The position numbers were made by a program, and so were the translations under genes. This document shows positions 21,503 through 30,676 of a stretch of DNA of 64,000 bases, in pieces. The notes below the pieces were generated by a model, which saw only the letters and a program-made list of their open reading frames with translations, searched no databases and was not told the origin of the DNA. Origin of the DNA: Candidatus Latescibacterota bacterium (lineage in GTDB: Bacteria > Latescibacterota > CBDEFO01); NCBI GenBank assembly GCA_965237525.1, contig CBDEFO010000003.1:288001-352000 (forward strand). Reading direction: 5' to 3'. Position 1 is the stretch's first letter; each line of letters begins with the position of its first letter.

Positions 21503-22204
21503 TTACGCAGCTTCTTTTTTCCCTTCGTCTTTTTTCGCTTTTCTGGCCTCTATTTCCTCTTTGAGATGGTCAATCATACGGGACGCCTTTCTCATTATTG
21601 GATTGTCCTTGAGGAAATTACGTGCTTTTTGTCTTTCCTCCTCTGTGAAGACTTCCTCTTCGACGAGCTTGGATATGAGGTCTTTTTGCTCTTTGGAGGC
21701 AGTTTTCCCGTTCCCGTTGCTTCCGAACCCACCGTTTCTCGTGCCTGTATGTTCCCGGGGAGGCTCCTTTATCTCATCCACAGAGCACATTCCTGTGGCG
21801 GTTGCCAACCGCATAGCCCTGTTGGTAGCTCTTCTTGTCGCCATTTCGATCGGATATTCCGGGAACTTTACAAAGCCCTTCAGGTTATGAGGGCTCGCCG
21901 TGCCGTAATCTACGAAGGGCTTTTCGAATCCTTCGACCCAGACTTCCCCTTTCATGACAACGAGGGGATCTCCCTCCTTGAGAGCTATCATCGCCCTCAG
22001 GAGTCTGTACTCCTCAACTGAGGGGGGCAATGCCTGAACAGCGAATCTTCCTGCTCCGTACTTCTGCAGCATCTTATACTGGAGGCCCGCTCCGGTTATG
22101 TAAGGTTCACCATCTATAAATACCACAAATTCCTCAACCTTTTGGATAGGGAAGCGCTCGGAATCTGCGATCTCTTTTTGCATCTCTTTCAATGTCTTTT
22201 CCAT
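21503..22204 (-). CDS. Hypothetical protein, putative single-strand annealing protein (RecT/Rad52-like)
   Basis: RBS GGAGG. YITGAGL and EMATRRATNRAMRLA...G...S.DE resemble the MAxxxAxxRAxRxA helix of SSAPs, followed by a linker and an ASKEQ...ASRMIDHL tail. Confidence 0.5.
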   Translation of the reverse strand: MEKTLKEMQKEIADSERFPIQKVEEFVVFIDGEPYITGAGLQYKMLQKYGAGRFAVQALPPSVEEYRLLRAMIALKEGDPLVVMKGEVWVEGFEKPFVDYGTASPHNLKGFVKFPEYPIEMATRRATNRAMRLATATGMCSVDEIKEPPREHTGTRNGGFGSNGNGKTASKEQKDLISKLVEEEVFTEEERQKARNFLKDNPIMRKASRMIDHLKEEIEARKAKKDEGKKEAA

Positions 22205-22267
22205 CTGAAACCTCCACTTTAGAATAATAATCTAAAGGAACAATTCCCGAATAGTGTCGACACTACG

Positions 22268-22296
22268 AATATACTGTACATTAGTATATTTGTCAA
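22268..22296 (-). promoter_or_regulatory. Sigma70 promoter TTGACA-N17-TATATT overlapped by the inverted repeat AATATACT-N7-AGTATATT
   Basis: -35 at 22296-22291 and -10 at 22273-22268 on the minus strand; perfect 8-bp arms at 22268-22275 and 22283-22290. Confidence 0.7.
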
Positions 22297-22579
22297 GGAA
22301 AAAATGAAGATGTTTCCAGATATTTAAAAAAAATGGAACGATCATCCGTAACGGTTTCTTGATGCTTAATTTTGTGGAACTCATAGGGCTAAAAATACGG
22401 ACTAAAACAGCTTGTAAAACCCTTACGAGATTTTACATAGGTTGTGATTTTACTTGATTTCTGCGCATCAGATGAATATATTATCGATGTGCTCTTTGGA
22501 GGTATTTCATTTGTAGGGGAATAGAGTTGATCTGTCATCGGTGCACTGATAGAATCCAGGTAAGTGGGAGGAAAGCTGA

Positions 22580-23221
22580 ATGGTTGAGCTTTTCAGTAAG
22601 GGCGGATCTTTTATGTATCCGCTCCTCTTTTTATTTGTCGTCGGAGTAGCTATAATTTTGGAGCGCATCTGGACACTCACCAGGGCTTCTGTCGATACGA
22701 AGAGGTTCTTCTTTCGGCTCCAAACCGCCCTTGAAGAAGATGGACCAGAAGGAGCAGCAAGGGTCTGCGCTGATACAAGGGGTCCCGCTGCGACTGTCAT
22801 CCATGCCGGACTTCTAAGGCTCCAAAGGGGAATTGATCACGTAGAAAAGGCGATTGGTGATTCAGGAGCTATCGAAATGGCATTTTTGGAAAAGGGAATG
22901 GTCTGGCTCGCTACGGTTGCCAATATAGCTCCCATGATAGGTTTCTTAGGGACCGTACGGGGTATGATAAGGGCGTTTCAAGCCATCGCTGAGGCGGGGG
23001 ATGTGGAGCCCACGCTCGTGGCTTCTGGAATATCCGAAGCGCTCATTACCACTGCAGCCGGACTCGCCGTGGCTATACCGATGCAGTTCTTTCACAATCT
23101 TTTTGTCTCCAGAATTGACAAGATCGCTATCGAAATGCAGGAGACCTCTACAGCCTTTGTGGATAGTCTTATCGAAAAAGAGTTTGGTTCGGTGCGGCAC
23201 AGCGCAGAGGAAACAACGTGA
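22580..23221 (+). CDS. exbB: MotA/TolQ/ExbB proton-channel protein
   Basis: APMIGFLGTVRGMI and GISEALITTAAGL motifs. Confidence 0.93.
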   Translation: MVELFSKGGSFMYPLLFLFVVGVAIILERIWTLTRASVDTKRFFFRLQTALEEDGPEGAARVCADTRGPAATVIHAGLLRLQRGIDHVEKAIGDSGAIEMAFLEKGMVWLATVANIAPMIGFLGTVRGMIRAFQAIAEAGDVEPTLVASGISEALITTAAGLAVAIPMQFFHNLFVSRIDKIAIEMQETSTAFVDSLIEKEFGSVRHSAEETT

Positions 23222-23637
23222 GATTCGAGAGGAAATCCAGGATCGACCAGACAGTTCCGACCGCTTCGATGGCTGACATTGCCTTTTTATTGCTTATATT
23301 CTTTATGGTCTCGACGGTATTCATTACCTACCGGGGGCTACCTGTGATATTGCCCAAGGCCCAGAAGATAGAGGAACTCAAAACCAGAAGTAATATAGCG
23401 AACCTGTGGATAGGAACCGACGGCACCCTCGTTATTGATGATGATGAAGTGGACATCTCATCGATAAGGTCAGTTATGTACAACAAGCTGTCGGAAAATC
23501 CGAGGATCATAGTTTCGCTTAAGTGCGACGAGGAGGCACCCTGCGGCGTCCTGTACGACGTTCTGGTGGAATTAAGAGAATCTCCTCAGGCTCTAAGGGT
23601 CAACTTCGCCACAGACAGGAAGAAGGAGACACGTTGA
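23218..23637 (+). CDS. exbD: ExbD/TolR family protein
   Basis: SMADIAFLLLIFFMV TM motif. Confidence 0.92.
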   Translation: MRFERKSRIDQTVPTASMADIAFLLLIFFMVSTVFITYRGLPVILPKAQKIEELKTRSNIANLWIGTDGTLVIDDDEVDISSIRSVMYNKLSENPRIIVSLKCDEEAPCGVLYDVLVELRESPQALRVNFATDRKKETR

Positions 23638-24296
23638 TCAGAAAGAAGAACCCCAAGGTGGATCTCAAGCTCGAATATAAAAGGGTCTTTCCAGTATGCC
23701 TCTTCGTATCGGTCCTGCTGACCTTTTTGGTATTCTTCTTCAGCAGGGAATTTGACGTTAAAGCGTACGCCAAGCCGCCACAGAGAATAATCCTGCAGAT
23801 TGAGGACATACCCGAGACTCATCAGATCAAAAGACCACCTCCGCCTCCGAGGCCCTCTGTTCCGATAGAAGTTGAGGCCGAAGATCTCGTAGATGATGTG
23901 ACAATAGAAAGCACGGACCTAGACTTGAGCCAGATTCCAGCGGATATTCCTCCACCGCCCCCTCTGATTGAGACTTTTCCCGTTGAGCATTTGGCCGATG
24001 AGGAGGAGGAGATAGTCGAGTTCTGGCATGCGGAGGTAAAGCCGAAGCTGGTTAAGTCTGTGGTCCCGGAGTATCCTGAGATCGCACGTAAGGCCGGGAT
24101 AGAGGGGAAAGTCTTTCTGCGTCTTTTAATCGGTAAGGACGGTAAAGTGGAGGAAATGGAGTTCCTGAAGGGCCCCGTAGTATTCAAAGATTCGGCAATA
24201 GAAGCGGTGATGCAATACTTATTCTCACCGGCTATGCAGAACGATAAGCCTGTGAGGGTATGGGCGGCTCAGATGATCAGGTTCAAATTGAAATGA
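23634..24296 (+). CDS. tonB: TonB family energy transducer
   Basis: N-terminal TM, Pro-rich linker and PEYPEIARKAGIEGKV TonB_C domain. TTG start overlaps the exbD stop. Confidence 0.9.
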   Translation: MIRKKNPKVDLKLEYKRVFPVCLFVSVLLTFLVFFFSREFDVKAYAKPPQRIILQIEDIPETHQIKRPPPPPRPSVPIEVEAEDLVDDVTIESTDLDLSQIPADIPPPPPLIETFPVEHLADEEEEIVEFWHAEVKPKLVKSVVPEYPEIARKAGIEGKVFLRLLIGKDGKVEEMEFLKGPVVFKDSAIEAVMQYLFSPAMQNDKPVRVWAAQMIRFKLK

Positions 24297-24301
24297 CTGA
24301 A

Positions 24302-24352
24302 TGTAGGAGCTGGGTTTCCCAGCCCTTGTGGCGAGCGAACCTCGCCCCTACA
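24302..24352. repeat. GTAG-type REP-like palindrome between convergent genes
   Basis: TGTAGGAGC...GCCCCTACA ends with internal hairpins GCTGGGTTTCCCAGC and GGCGAG...CTCGCC. Confidence 0.6.
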
Positions 24353-24365
24353 TCTTATTTGGGAA

Positions 24366-24770
24366 TTACTTTATAGGCGAGGCTATAGATATTCTGGTGG
24401 CTCCCGCTAACTTGAGTTCATCCAATACAGCGACAAAGGCTCTGTACGGGGTCTCTCTGTCCGACTGGAGAGATACTATAAGCTTATTGTTTTCGGACAG
24501 TCTTCGCTTTATCTCATCTGTAAGGTTAAACAGACTGATCTCCTCTCCATCTACGGCGATATCCCCGGCGGCGTTGACCCAGACGTTGCAGATGTTTTTC
24601 CTGGGAACGGGCTTTGTCTTACCGGCGGAAGGCAGAATTAGTCCTATCCCTTTATCCCTGTTTAAAGTGGTGGTCACCAGGAAAAATATGATCAGCAAAA
24701 AGGCGATGTCCGCCATAGCCACAACGGGGATGAAGACCGTTACCTCTCTTTTCCTTTTGGGTATCAACAT
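24366..24770 (-). CDS. exbD: Second ExbD/TolR family protein
   Basis: AMADIAFLLIIFFLV and DRETPY motifs. Confidence 0.9.
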   Translation of the reverse strand: MLIPKRKREVTVFIPVVAMADIAFLLIIFFLVTTTLNRDKGIGLILPSAGKTKPVPRKNICNVWVNAAGDIAVDGEEISLFNLTDEIKRRLSENNKLIVSLQSDRETPYRAFVAVLDELKLAGATRISIASPIK

Positions 24771-24800
24771 CTGTGATTTCCTACTGTTTTCGGTGGACGT

Positions 24801-25985
24801 TTATTTGTCTGCTTTTTTCTTCCCCTTTTTAAAGAAATCAAGTTTTTTCTTCTCCTCCTCCGATATAGGTGGTCTTATAGACCATATCATCTGCTGAGCG
24901 TGCTCTTTCCATATAGAGTCGTTCAAAGCTGATGTGAACTCCTGCAATGCCTTATCCTCCTGGCCTTTTTCCAGATAATATTCCCCGTTGAGTACCCTCA
25001 AGTGGCCATTTTGTGGGTCAATGGACAAGCCCATATTGATGCGGGCTTCGGCGCTTTCCATGTCTCCAGACTTGAGACTTCCTTCCGCCAGTTGAATAAT
25101 GGAGGAAATATCGTGGGGCTTTATGCGCACCATCCCTTCCAATGCAAATATGGCATCCTCATCTTTTCCTAACTTCTGGGCGATCGAGCGTATCTGGGAA
25201 AATGTCGAATAGCTTGTCGAATCTTTCCTTGCAACAGTCTTATACGATTCTAGGGCATCTTCATAGTAACCAATCATGGACTGCAGACCAGCCAATTTGG
25301 TCAAGACTGTCATATTTTGGGGATTTAGTCGTAAGAGCTCTTTATAGGTTCTGATAGCTTCATCGTCCAAGGTGAGATAGACGCAAAGTTGGCCTATACG
25401 ATTTAACATAGTACTATCCTTTTCCACAAGTTTGGACAATTTCCGCAGGCACGCTAACTCATCCAGGTGTAGGGCTTTATAGCGGTATAGGCCGGACAAG
25501 GTCCTCAAAACAGGTTCCTGCTCCGGTTCTATAGCAAGTATCGTTTCATATTCTCTTATAGCCGAATCGTACTGAGCATCTACATGGTAGATATTAGCAA
25601 GCATAAGATGCGCGTTAATATGCGTGGAATCTGCCTTTATCGCCTCAAGATATGCGGTTTTTGCAGCGTCGGTGTTCCCTTTTTCCTTATGGTAGATATT
25701 TCCCAGGGCGTAGTGAGCTTTGGCATTACGGGGATTAAAGGATAAAGATTTTCTGTATTGCTGTATCGCGTCATCGTACATCTTATTTTGATCGTACTGC
25801 ACGGCAAAGCTATAGTGTTTCCTCGCCTCAAGTACAGATACCGAATCGAAATCAGCCGACCTTGCAAAAGTGGTGCTATCTGGCGTGTTCCCTGACGGAG
25901 TGGTCGCACCACCCCAAGAGGGTTCGGAAAACAGCATAAAGGACGAAAAGAGAATTAAGAGTGAAATGACCAATTTCTTATCCAT
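24801..25985 (-). CDS. Exported tetratricopeptide-repeat protein
   Basis: Signal-peptide-like MDKKLVISLLILFSSF and multiple TPRs (AKAHYALGNIY, INAHLMLANIY). Confidence 0.85.
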   Translation of the reverse strand: MDKKLVISLLILFSSFMLFSEPSWGGATTPSGNTPDSTTFARSADFDSVSVLEARKHYSFAVQYDQNKMYDDAIQQYRKSLSFNPRNAKAHYALGNIYHKEKGNTDAAKTAYLEAIKADSTHINAHLMLANIYHVDAQYDSAIREYETILAIEPEQEPVLRTLSGLYRYKALHLDELACLRKLSKLVEKDSTMLNRIGQLCVYLTLDDEAIRTYKELLRLNPQNMTVLTKLAGLQSMIGYYEDALESYKTVARKDSTSYSTFSQIRSIAQKLGKDEDAIFALEGMVRIKPHDISSIIQLAEGSLKSGDMESAEARINMGLSIDPQNGHLRVLNGEYYLEKGQEDKALQEFTSALNDSIWKEHAQQMIWSIRPPISEEEKKKLDFFKKGKKKADK

Positions 25986-26220
25986 CAAAATATAGTAACT
26001 TACTGATGGGGACTTCGGGCTTATCAAAAATAAATCCGATTACCCCATAAAGTCAAGATATATCGGGATAGATAGAAACATAGGTAATAGTGAAGTAGTA
26101 AGGAGGGAGAAAGGCAGATGCGCTGAATTCACAGAAGGTAAAAGTCTATCGGCCAGATTCTTAAATTGTTAACTTGAGAGCGCGATTCATCACTGAGATT
26201 CTGTAACAGGGGAGTCGCCT

Positions 26221-27228
26221 CTATATCTCCCCTTCAATCTCCTTTCTCATTAAAGAGTAGAAACTGATCGCCCTCTTCAGACATCCCTCAGCCTTCTTTT
26301 GATCTACCTTTTTCTCTTTCTCAAGCATGTCCCTCTTTTGGGGCAACCATACATTTTCCAGATAGTCCATCTGCTCGTTCAGATTCGGGTCGTCCGCGCA
26401 GCTTATGAAGTAGTCGATGATCCCCAACAGTCCAAATTTCAAGCTTACAGAATATGATTTTGTCTCCTCATCCAAATCCAGGCAGATTGTTTTGCTTCTG
26501 TTCTGCCGTGCCGTTGCCAGTTTCCCGGCAGAAACGGTCAAAAGTGCATTTACAAAACTGTCCTTGTTCTGGACCCAGTCCGCCAGCCCCTCTACGTAGT
26601 CCAGAAGGTCCACCTTTTCGCCTCTAGAGATAACCGAGTAGGCTCGTATCTGCACGTTTCTGAAGAACGCCACGAGTCCAATGTTGGCGTCTATAGTGTC
26701 AGCGTCGTACAGTATCCTCTTCTCCAGGGAGGAATATTCTCTCTCCACATCGTCCGGGCTTAATCTACTGGACTTGAGGTGGCCTACGATAATATCTGCT
26801 ATCTTCTGACAGAACGTTTCGGAGAAATTCCTCATCCTTAATATCTCTTCTGAGATGAAAGCACCAGATACATGATGTATTTCTCCGAACAGCTTGTACT
26901 TCTCGTATAGTTGAGTTACAATATTGTTTCCTGTGGGCAGCAGAGGATCGTTCAGCCAGAAACCATCCTCATTTAGAAGCCTGTTTCCGTTTTCATCCAT
27001 GCTAACAGGACCGTCGTATCTTTTTGTAATATCATGGAGCGTAGCTGCATATTTTAACTGATCTATGTCTCCACCTTCATCCTCACCCAACGATACGCTC
27101 AGGTTCCTTACTCTCATCGTATGATTGAGATAATAGTGCCTCCACGAAAATCCCACCCGTTTTTCGTCCCACAGATCGAAAGTGGACTTTATAAGACCTT
27201 CTAACTCCTTCAATCTATTGTCTTCCAT
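26221..27228 (-). CDS. HD-domain metal-dependent phosphohydrolase
   Basis: NHTMRV, ATLHDITK, HHVSG and ILYDADTID motifs; RBS AGGAG. Confidence 0.85.
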   Translation of the reverse strand: MEDNRLKELEGLIKSTFDLWDEKRVGFSWRHYYLNHTMRVRNLSVSLGEDEGGDIDQLKYAATLHDITKRYDGPVSMDENGNRLLNEDGFWLNDPLLPTGNNIVTQLYEKYKLFGEIHHVSGAFISEEILRMRNFSETFCQKIADIIVGHLKSSRLSPDDVEREYSSLEKRILYDADTIDANIGLVAFFRNVQIRAYSVISRGEKVDLLDYVEGLADWVQNKDSFVNALLTVSAGKLATARQNRSKTICLDLDEETKSYSVSLKFGLLGIIDYFISCADDPNLNEQMDYLENVWLPQKRDMLEKEKKVDQKKAEGCLKRAISFYSLMRKEIEGEI

Positions 27229-27364
27229 TCTTTTCTCCTGAAAGTATAGAGCAAAGAGTCTACGGTTGCCTTTCTTTTCCCCGTTTCAAAAGATATTCCC
27301 GAATATACGGAAAAGTTCCCAAGGCTGCAACAAAGTTTTCCCGCATCTAAAAGAGTAAAGACAG

Positions 27365-27632
27365 ATGGTATTCACCCACGCGCGATAATCTTGCCCGTTG
27401 CACGTAATCAGATGTTGACTGTGGAAGGTCACCTCTTGCCGGGAGAAGATCTCCAACAAGAGGGGGCGGATGGGCTTCTTGGCGTTAGACCACTACGGAG
27501 TGGACCAGCTCATTGATAGGGTCAGGTAGTTCCTATTGAGCCATCGCACACCAAACAGAGATATTCGAAGGCTTTGCCCTGGAATTTCCTGGCACCACCT
27601 ATGTCTGGGGCCAAAGGAGTATTCCACTCGGC
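27365..27632 (-). ncRNA. Candidate structured non-coding RNA (unassigned family)
   Basis: At least seven mutually compatible stems; mismatches become G-U pairs on the minus strand. See the finding for stem coordinates. Confidence 0.5.
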
Positions 27633-27659
27633 TTTTTTCCTTAGTTTTGGGCGATGGAC

Positions 27660-27688
27660 TTGACAAGATCTCACGAATTTGCTATCTT
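27660..27688 (+). promoter_or_regulatory. Sigma70 promoter of tRNA-Arg
   Basis: TTGACA-N17-TATCTT, 26 nt before the tRNA. Confidence 0.75.
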
Positions 27689-27714
27689 TACAACGATTAG
27701 GGGTAAGATCTTGC

Positions 27715-27792
27715 GCGCCCATGGCTCAATTTGGATAGAGCATCTGACTACGGATCAGAAGGTTGGGGGTTCGAGTCCCTCTGGGCGTGCCA
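27715..27792 (+). tRNA. tRNA-Arg (anticodon ACG)
   Basis: Acceptor stem GCGCCCA/TGGGCGT, anticodon arm TCTGA-CTACGGA-TCAGA, T-arm GGTTCGAGTCC and encoded CCA. Confidence 0.97.
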
Positions 27793-27794
27793 GA

Positions 27795-27836
27795 AAAAAC
27801 AACGGGTTACGACAATTAGATCGTAGCCCGTTTTTC
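27795..27836 (+). terminator. Hairpin + T-run after tRNA-Arg
   Basis: AACGGGTTACG-loop-CGTAGCCCGTTTTT. Confidence 0.6.
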
Positions 27837-28171
27837 GTTGGGTGACATATTGGTGACAGAAAGCGGGCTGGTGACAGCTGAAAAGAGCCTGGTAACTCTT
27901 CTATGTACACGTTAGTAACAAATCATAATATTGACGGAATCTATTCCATAGTGGCTTCGGAGGAAAAAAGGCAGTTGATGCAAATACACATCAACGAACT
28001 CATCTGGACGTTCGCTGAAGTGAAGCCACGTTGAGCCACCACCTTCAGCGTGGCTCAACATAGGCACTCCGCAGAGCGGAGCTTCAAACCCCATGCTCGG
28101 GTGCTACCCCCTACACCCCCGAGATTGTATTCATTCGCACTTACGCGCGGCGGTATTCTGTCATAATTTTT

Positions 28172-28598
28172 GGTTCTTCTCCAAAAAGTGTAGTTATTGA
28201 CGGAAGTAGTTTTTTGAGAATTTAATATTGAAAGGCATCTGTCCGTTCCTGTATAGTTTATAGTAGTAAGAACAAACAAATACATGAGGGGGGACAGGAT
28301 GCCTAGTGACATGAGAGCATAATGGCTTAACCTGCCGAAAGTAAGAGTTAATCGCGTAACGATCCATAGTGACAGCACCGAAATTTATGTGGATCGAGAT
28401 GCTCTCTTCGACTTTACTTGCTCTGGCTGTGGCCAGACATCCTTCTGGAGTTGGGATTGTCGGCAATTCAGGATTAGGGATCTGTCAGTTTTTGAATTTA
28501 AGGCCTACCTGATCATAGATAAATATCGCACCAATTGTCCAATCTGCGGGGTGCAGATTGAAGGACTTGACTTTGTTGATTCTTATTCCCGATGCACT
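28172..28598 (+). mobile_element. ISL3-family remnant (left end + N-terminal transposase fragment)
   Basis: Starts GGTTCTT. Frame MPSDMRA*WLNLPK...CSGCG...RIRDL...CPICG...E.LDF...SRCT is zf-ISL3-like, with an in-frame TAA, and is truncated. Confidence 0.75.
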
Positions 28599-29129
28599 GC
28601 CGAACAATGGATTAAGGAAGGCAAATATGCTCTGAACTGGGTCCGGCTATCATGCCAACGTCCCCGATTGTGATCCCCTATTGAATCTATAGGGGAGCGG
28701 GGATCAGGTGAGGCTCTGGTAATTTGTTCTGGCCTATAATCTTGGAAACTTTCTGAGGCGGTTGGTTCTTCCAGGGAGAATCAAACGCTGATCTCTTGGC
28801 AGCCTCCTTGTGAAATTGATCAAGATTGGCGCGAAGATTGTCAGGCACAGCAGATACATCACGTTTCAGATGGCTGAGGTTGGGATAGACAAGAGGTTAT
28901 TTGCCGAAATATTATCCCGGATTGAACGATTGCGATGTTACTCTGTTTAAACTGCCACATTTTTTTGTGAGTCGATGGAGAGGTGTCTCCAAGTGGAGGA
29001 TTTAAACACAAAGAAAGTGATAATTCAGAGGAAAATGCTATTTTGATTGAAAAAAGTACTTGTTGAAAAAATGTAAAAGTGGTAATATTCATTCACAAAC
29101 AAGATTGTATCGAAATATAATCCCTCATG

Positions 29130-30652
29130 AAAAGCCTTGTGAAAAACCCTTAGATTCAGAAAGTAGTATAGAACAAGCATTGATAAAGCAGCTCCGATGT
29201 ATTATATTATGTTATTGATAATATTATATATGGAGGAAACAATGACCCCACAAAAGCAGGAACAGACAAATCCGATGTTTCACTATTTTCAGATGGAGGA
29301 TTTAGTTCCCGAGGATCATATCCTTCGTCAGATTGATGAGGCAGTTGATTTTTCATTTGTACGAGACGTTGTATCAGATTGTTATTGCCCTGACAATGGC
29401 AGACCCGGTATTGATCCTGAATTAGTTGTTCGAATGATCCTTATTGGCTATCTGTATAATTTGAGTGAGAATCGGCTCTGTCAGGAAGTGGGGATGCATG
29501 CGGCATATCGGTTGTTTTGTCATCAGACATTTGAGGATGCGGTTCCGGATAGGAGCACGATCAACAAGCTTCGCAATCACAAGTGGGCATCCAGTGGGTT
29601 GTCTGAACGGATAATGCGTCAGGTAGTCCAGTGTTGCATAGATGTCGGTGTTGTGAGCGGTAAACACCTTAGTGTCGACGGCACTCAGATACAAGCTGAT
29701 GCTTCAGTGAAAAGTATTGAGCCGATAGAACCCCCTGTTTCTCTTGATGATTATCTCAAGGGAATCGGTTTTGAAGGTGATAAGACAAAGGGTAGGTCCG
29801 GGCATCCTCAGGATAAAGACTTTCATGGTGAAAAGTGGACGAACCAAACACACCGTTCGACTACAGACCCCGACGCGCGCTTATACAGCAAATCGAAGGG
29901 CAAAGGGGCTTTTCTCTCGTTTATGGGCCATGATCTGATCGACACAAAAAGCAGAGTAATCCTTGAGACTCAGGGCACGCAGGCGACAGGGACAGCAGAG
30001 CCCGAAAGTGCCCTTAAGATGGTAGATGACCTTGAAACATACACCATGCCCAAAGACATTCAGACACTTAGTGCCGATACCGGTTACGGTTCTGGTAATT
30101 TTATCGCTGATGTACTTGACCGGGGAATCATACCCCATATTCCTCTGCGAGCCGATGAGAAGATTGAACCGATTCCTACATGGAAAAACAAGACAAATCC
30201 AGCACATATTCAGGCCGAACGGGATAGAAAAGTGCGAGAGGCGAAAGCCAGAAATCATGCACGGTCTATCTCATTAACAGCTGACTACAAACTCTCCCGG
30301 AGACTCCGTAAACGCAGTGAACATATCTTTGCTGAAGCCAGGCAACAACACGGTATGGGACGAGCCCGTTACAGAGGACCAGCCTCACTGAATGAACAGT
30401 TGAATCTTGTTGCAACAGTACAGAATCTCAAGAGGCTTGTATCTTTCATAAGAAGGGGGAAAGCGTCTATGTGTGCCCTGTCTGTCAAAGACAGTGCATC
30501 CTGTTCTTCAAACAGCTCCTATTCCTTGCTGACCAGAACTCTGATAAGACTATTTTGCTTATTCCACAGCAAAACGATACGATATGCTACTCTTTGACCC
30601 ATAATCGGCGCTTCAGACGCTGCCTGGGACATAACTATTTCACAAGGCTTTT
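29130..30652 (+). mobile_element. IS1182-family insertion sequence
   Basis: Perfect 15-bp terminal inverted repeats AAAAGCCTTGTGAAA / TTTCACAAGGCTTTT flank an intact transposase. Confidence 0.88.
29242..30597 (+). CDS. IS1182-family transposase
   Basis: LVPEDHILR, GRPGIDP, VDGTQIQADAS, STTDPDARL, ADTGY, EHIFAE and NLKRL motifs. Confidence 0.9.
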   Translation: MTPQKQEQTNPMFHYFQMEDLVPEDHILRQIDEAVDFSFVRDVVSDCYCPDNGRPGIDPELVVRMILIGYLYNLSENRLCQEVGMHAAYRLFCHQTFEDAVPDRSTINKLRNHKWASSGLSERIMRQVVQCCIDVGVVSGKHLSVDGTQIQADASVKSIEPIEPPVSLDDYLKGIGFEGDKTKGRSGHPQDKDFHGEKWTNQTHRSTTDPDARLYSKSKGKGAFLSFMGHDLIDTKSRVILETQGTQATGTAEPESALKMVDDLETYTMPKDIQTLSADTGYGSGNFIADVLDRGIIPHIPLRADEKIEPIPTWKNKTNPAHIQAERDRKVREAKARNHARSISLTADYKLSRRLRKRSEHIFAEARQQHGMGRARYRGPASLNEQLNLVATVQNLKRLVSFIRRGKASMCALSVKDSASCSSNSSYSLLTRTLIRLFCLFHSKTIRYATL

Positions 30653-30676
30653 AATGTGATATGAAGAATGTCGGTC

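Larger units (their letters stand above)
27794..28598 (+). repeat. ~0.8-kb direct repeat, copy 1 (copy 2 at 62929-63969)
   Basis: Colinear high-identity match from AAAAAACAACGGGTTACG to TCCCGA(A)TGCACT; starts immediately after the tRNA. Confidence 0.92.
28594..30674 (+). mobile_element. IS1380-family remnant (C-terminal transposase fragment + right end), interrupted by IS1182
   Basis: TAEQWIKEGK...RLSC...LAYNLGNFLRRL...KLIKIGAKIVRH.RYITFQMAEV with internal stops. The right end ...ATGAAGAATGTCGG resumes after IS1182, as shown by uninterrupted copies at 39981 and 61977. Confidence 0.8.

Noticed and set aside
22273..22290. Gammaproteobacterial LexA box
   Set aside because: Only one TACTGT half-site is present and there is no CTGT-N8-ACAG; kept only as an unassigned palindrome.
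27560..27620. SAM-I or c-di-GMP-I riboswitch inside the RNA candidate
   Set aside because: Only fragments match (UGGCCC/GGUGCCA; GCAAAGCC). The AUCAAGAG/GAGGGA and GGCAAAC-GAAA-GACGCAAAGC cores are missing.
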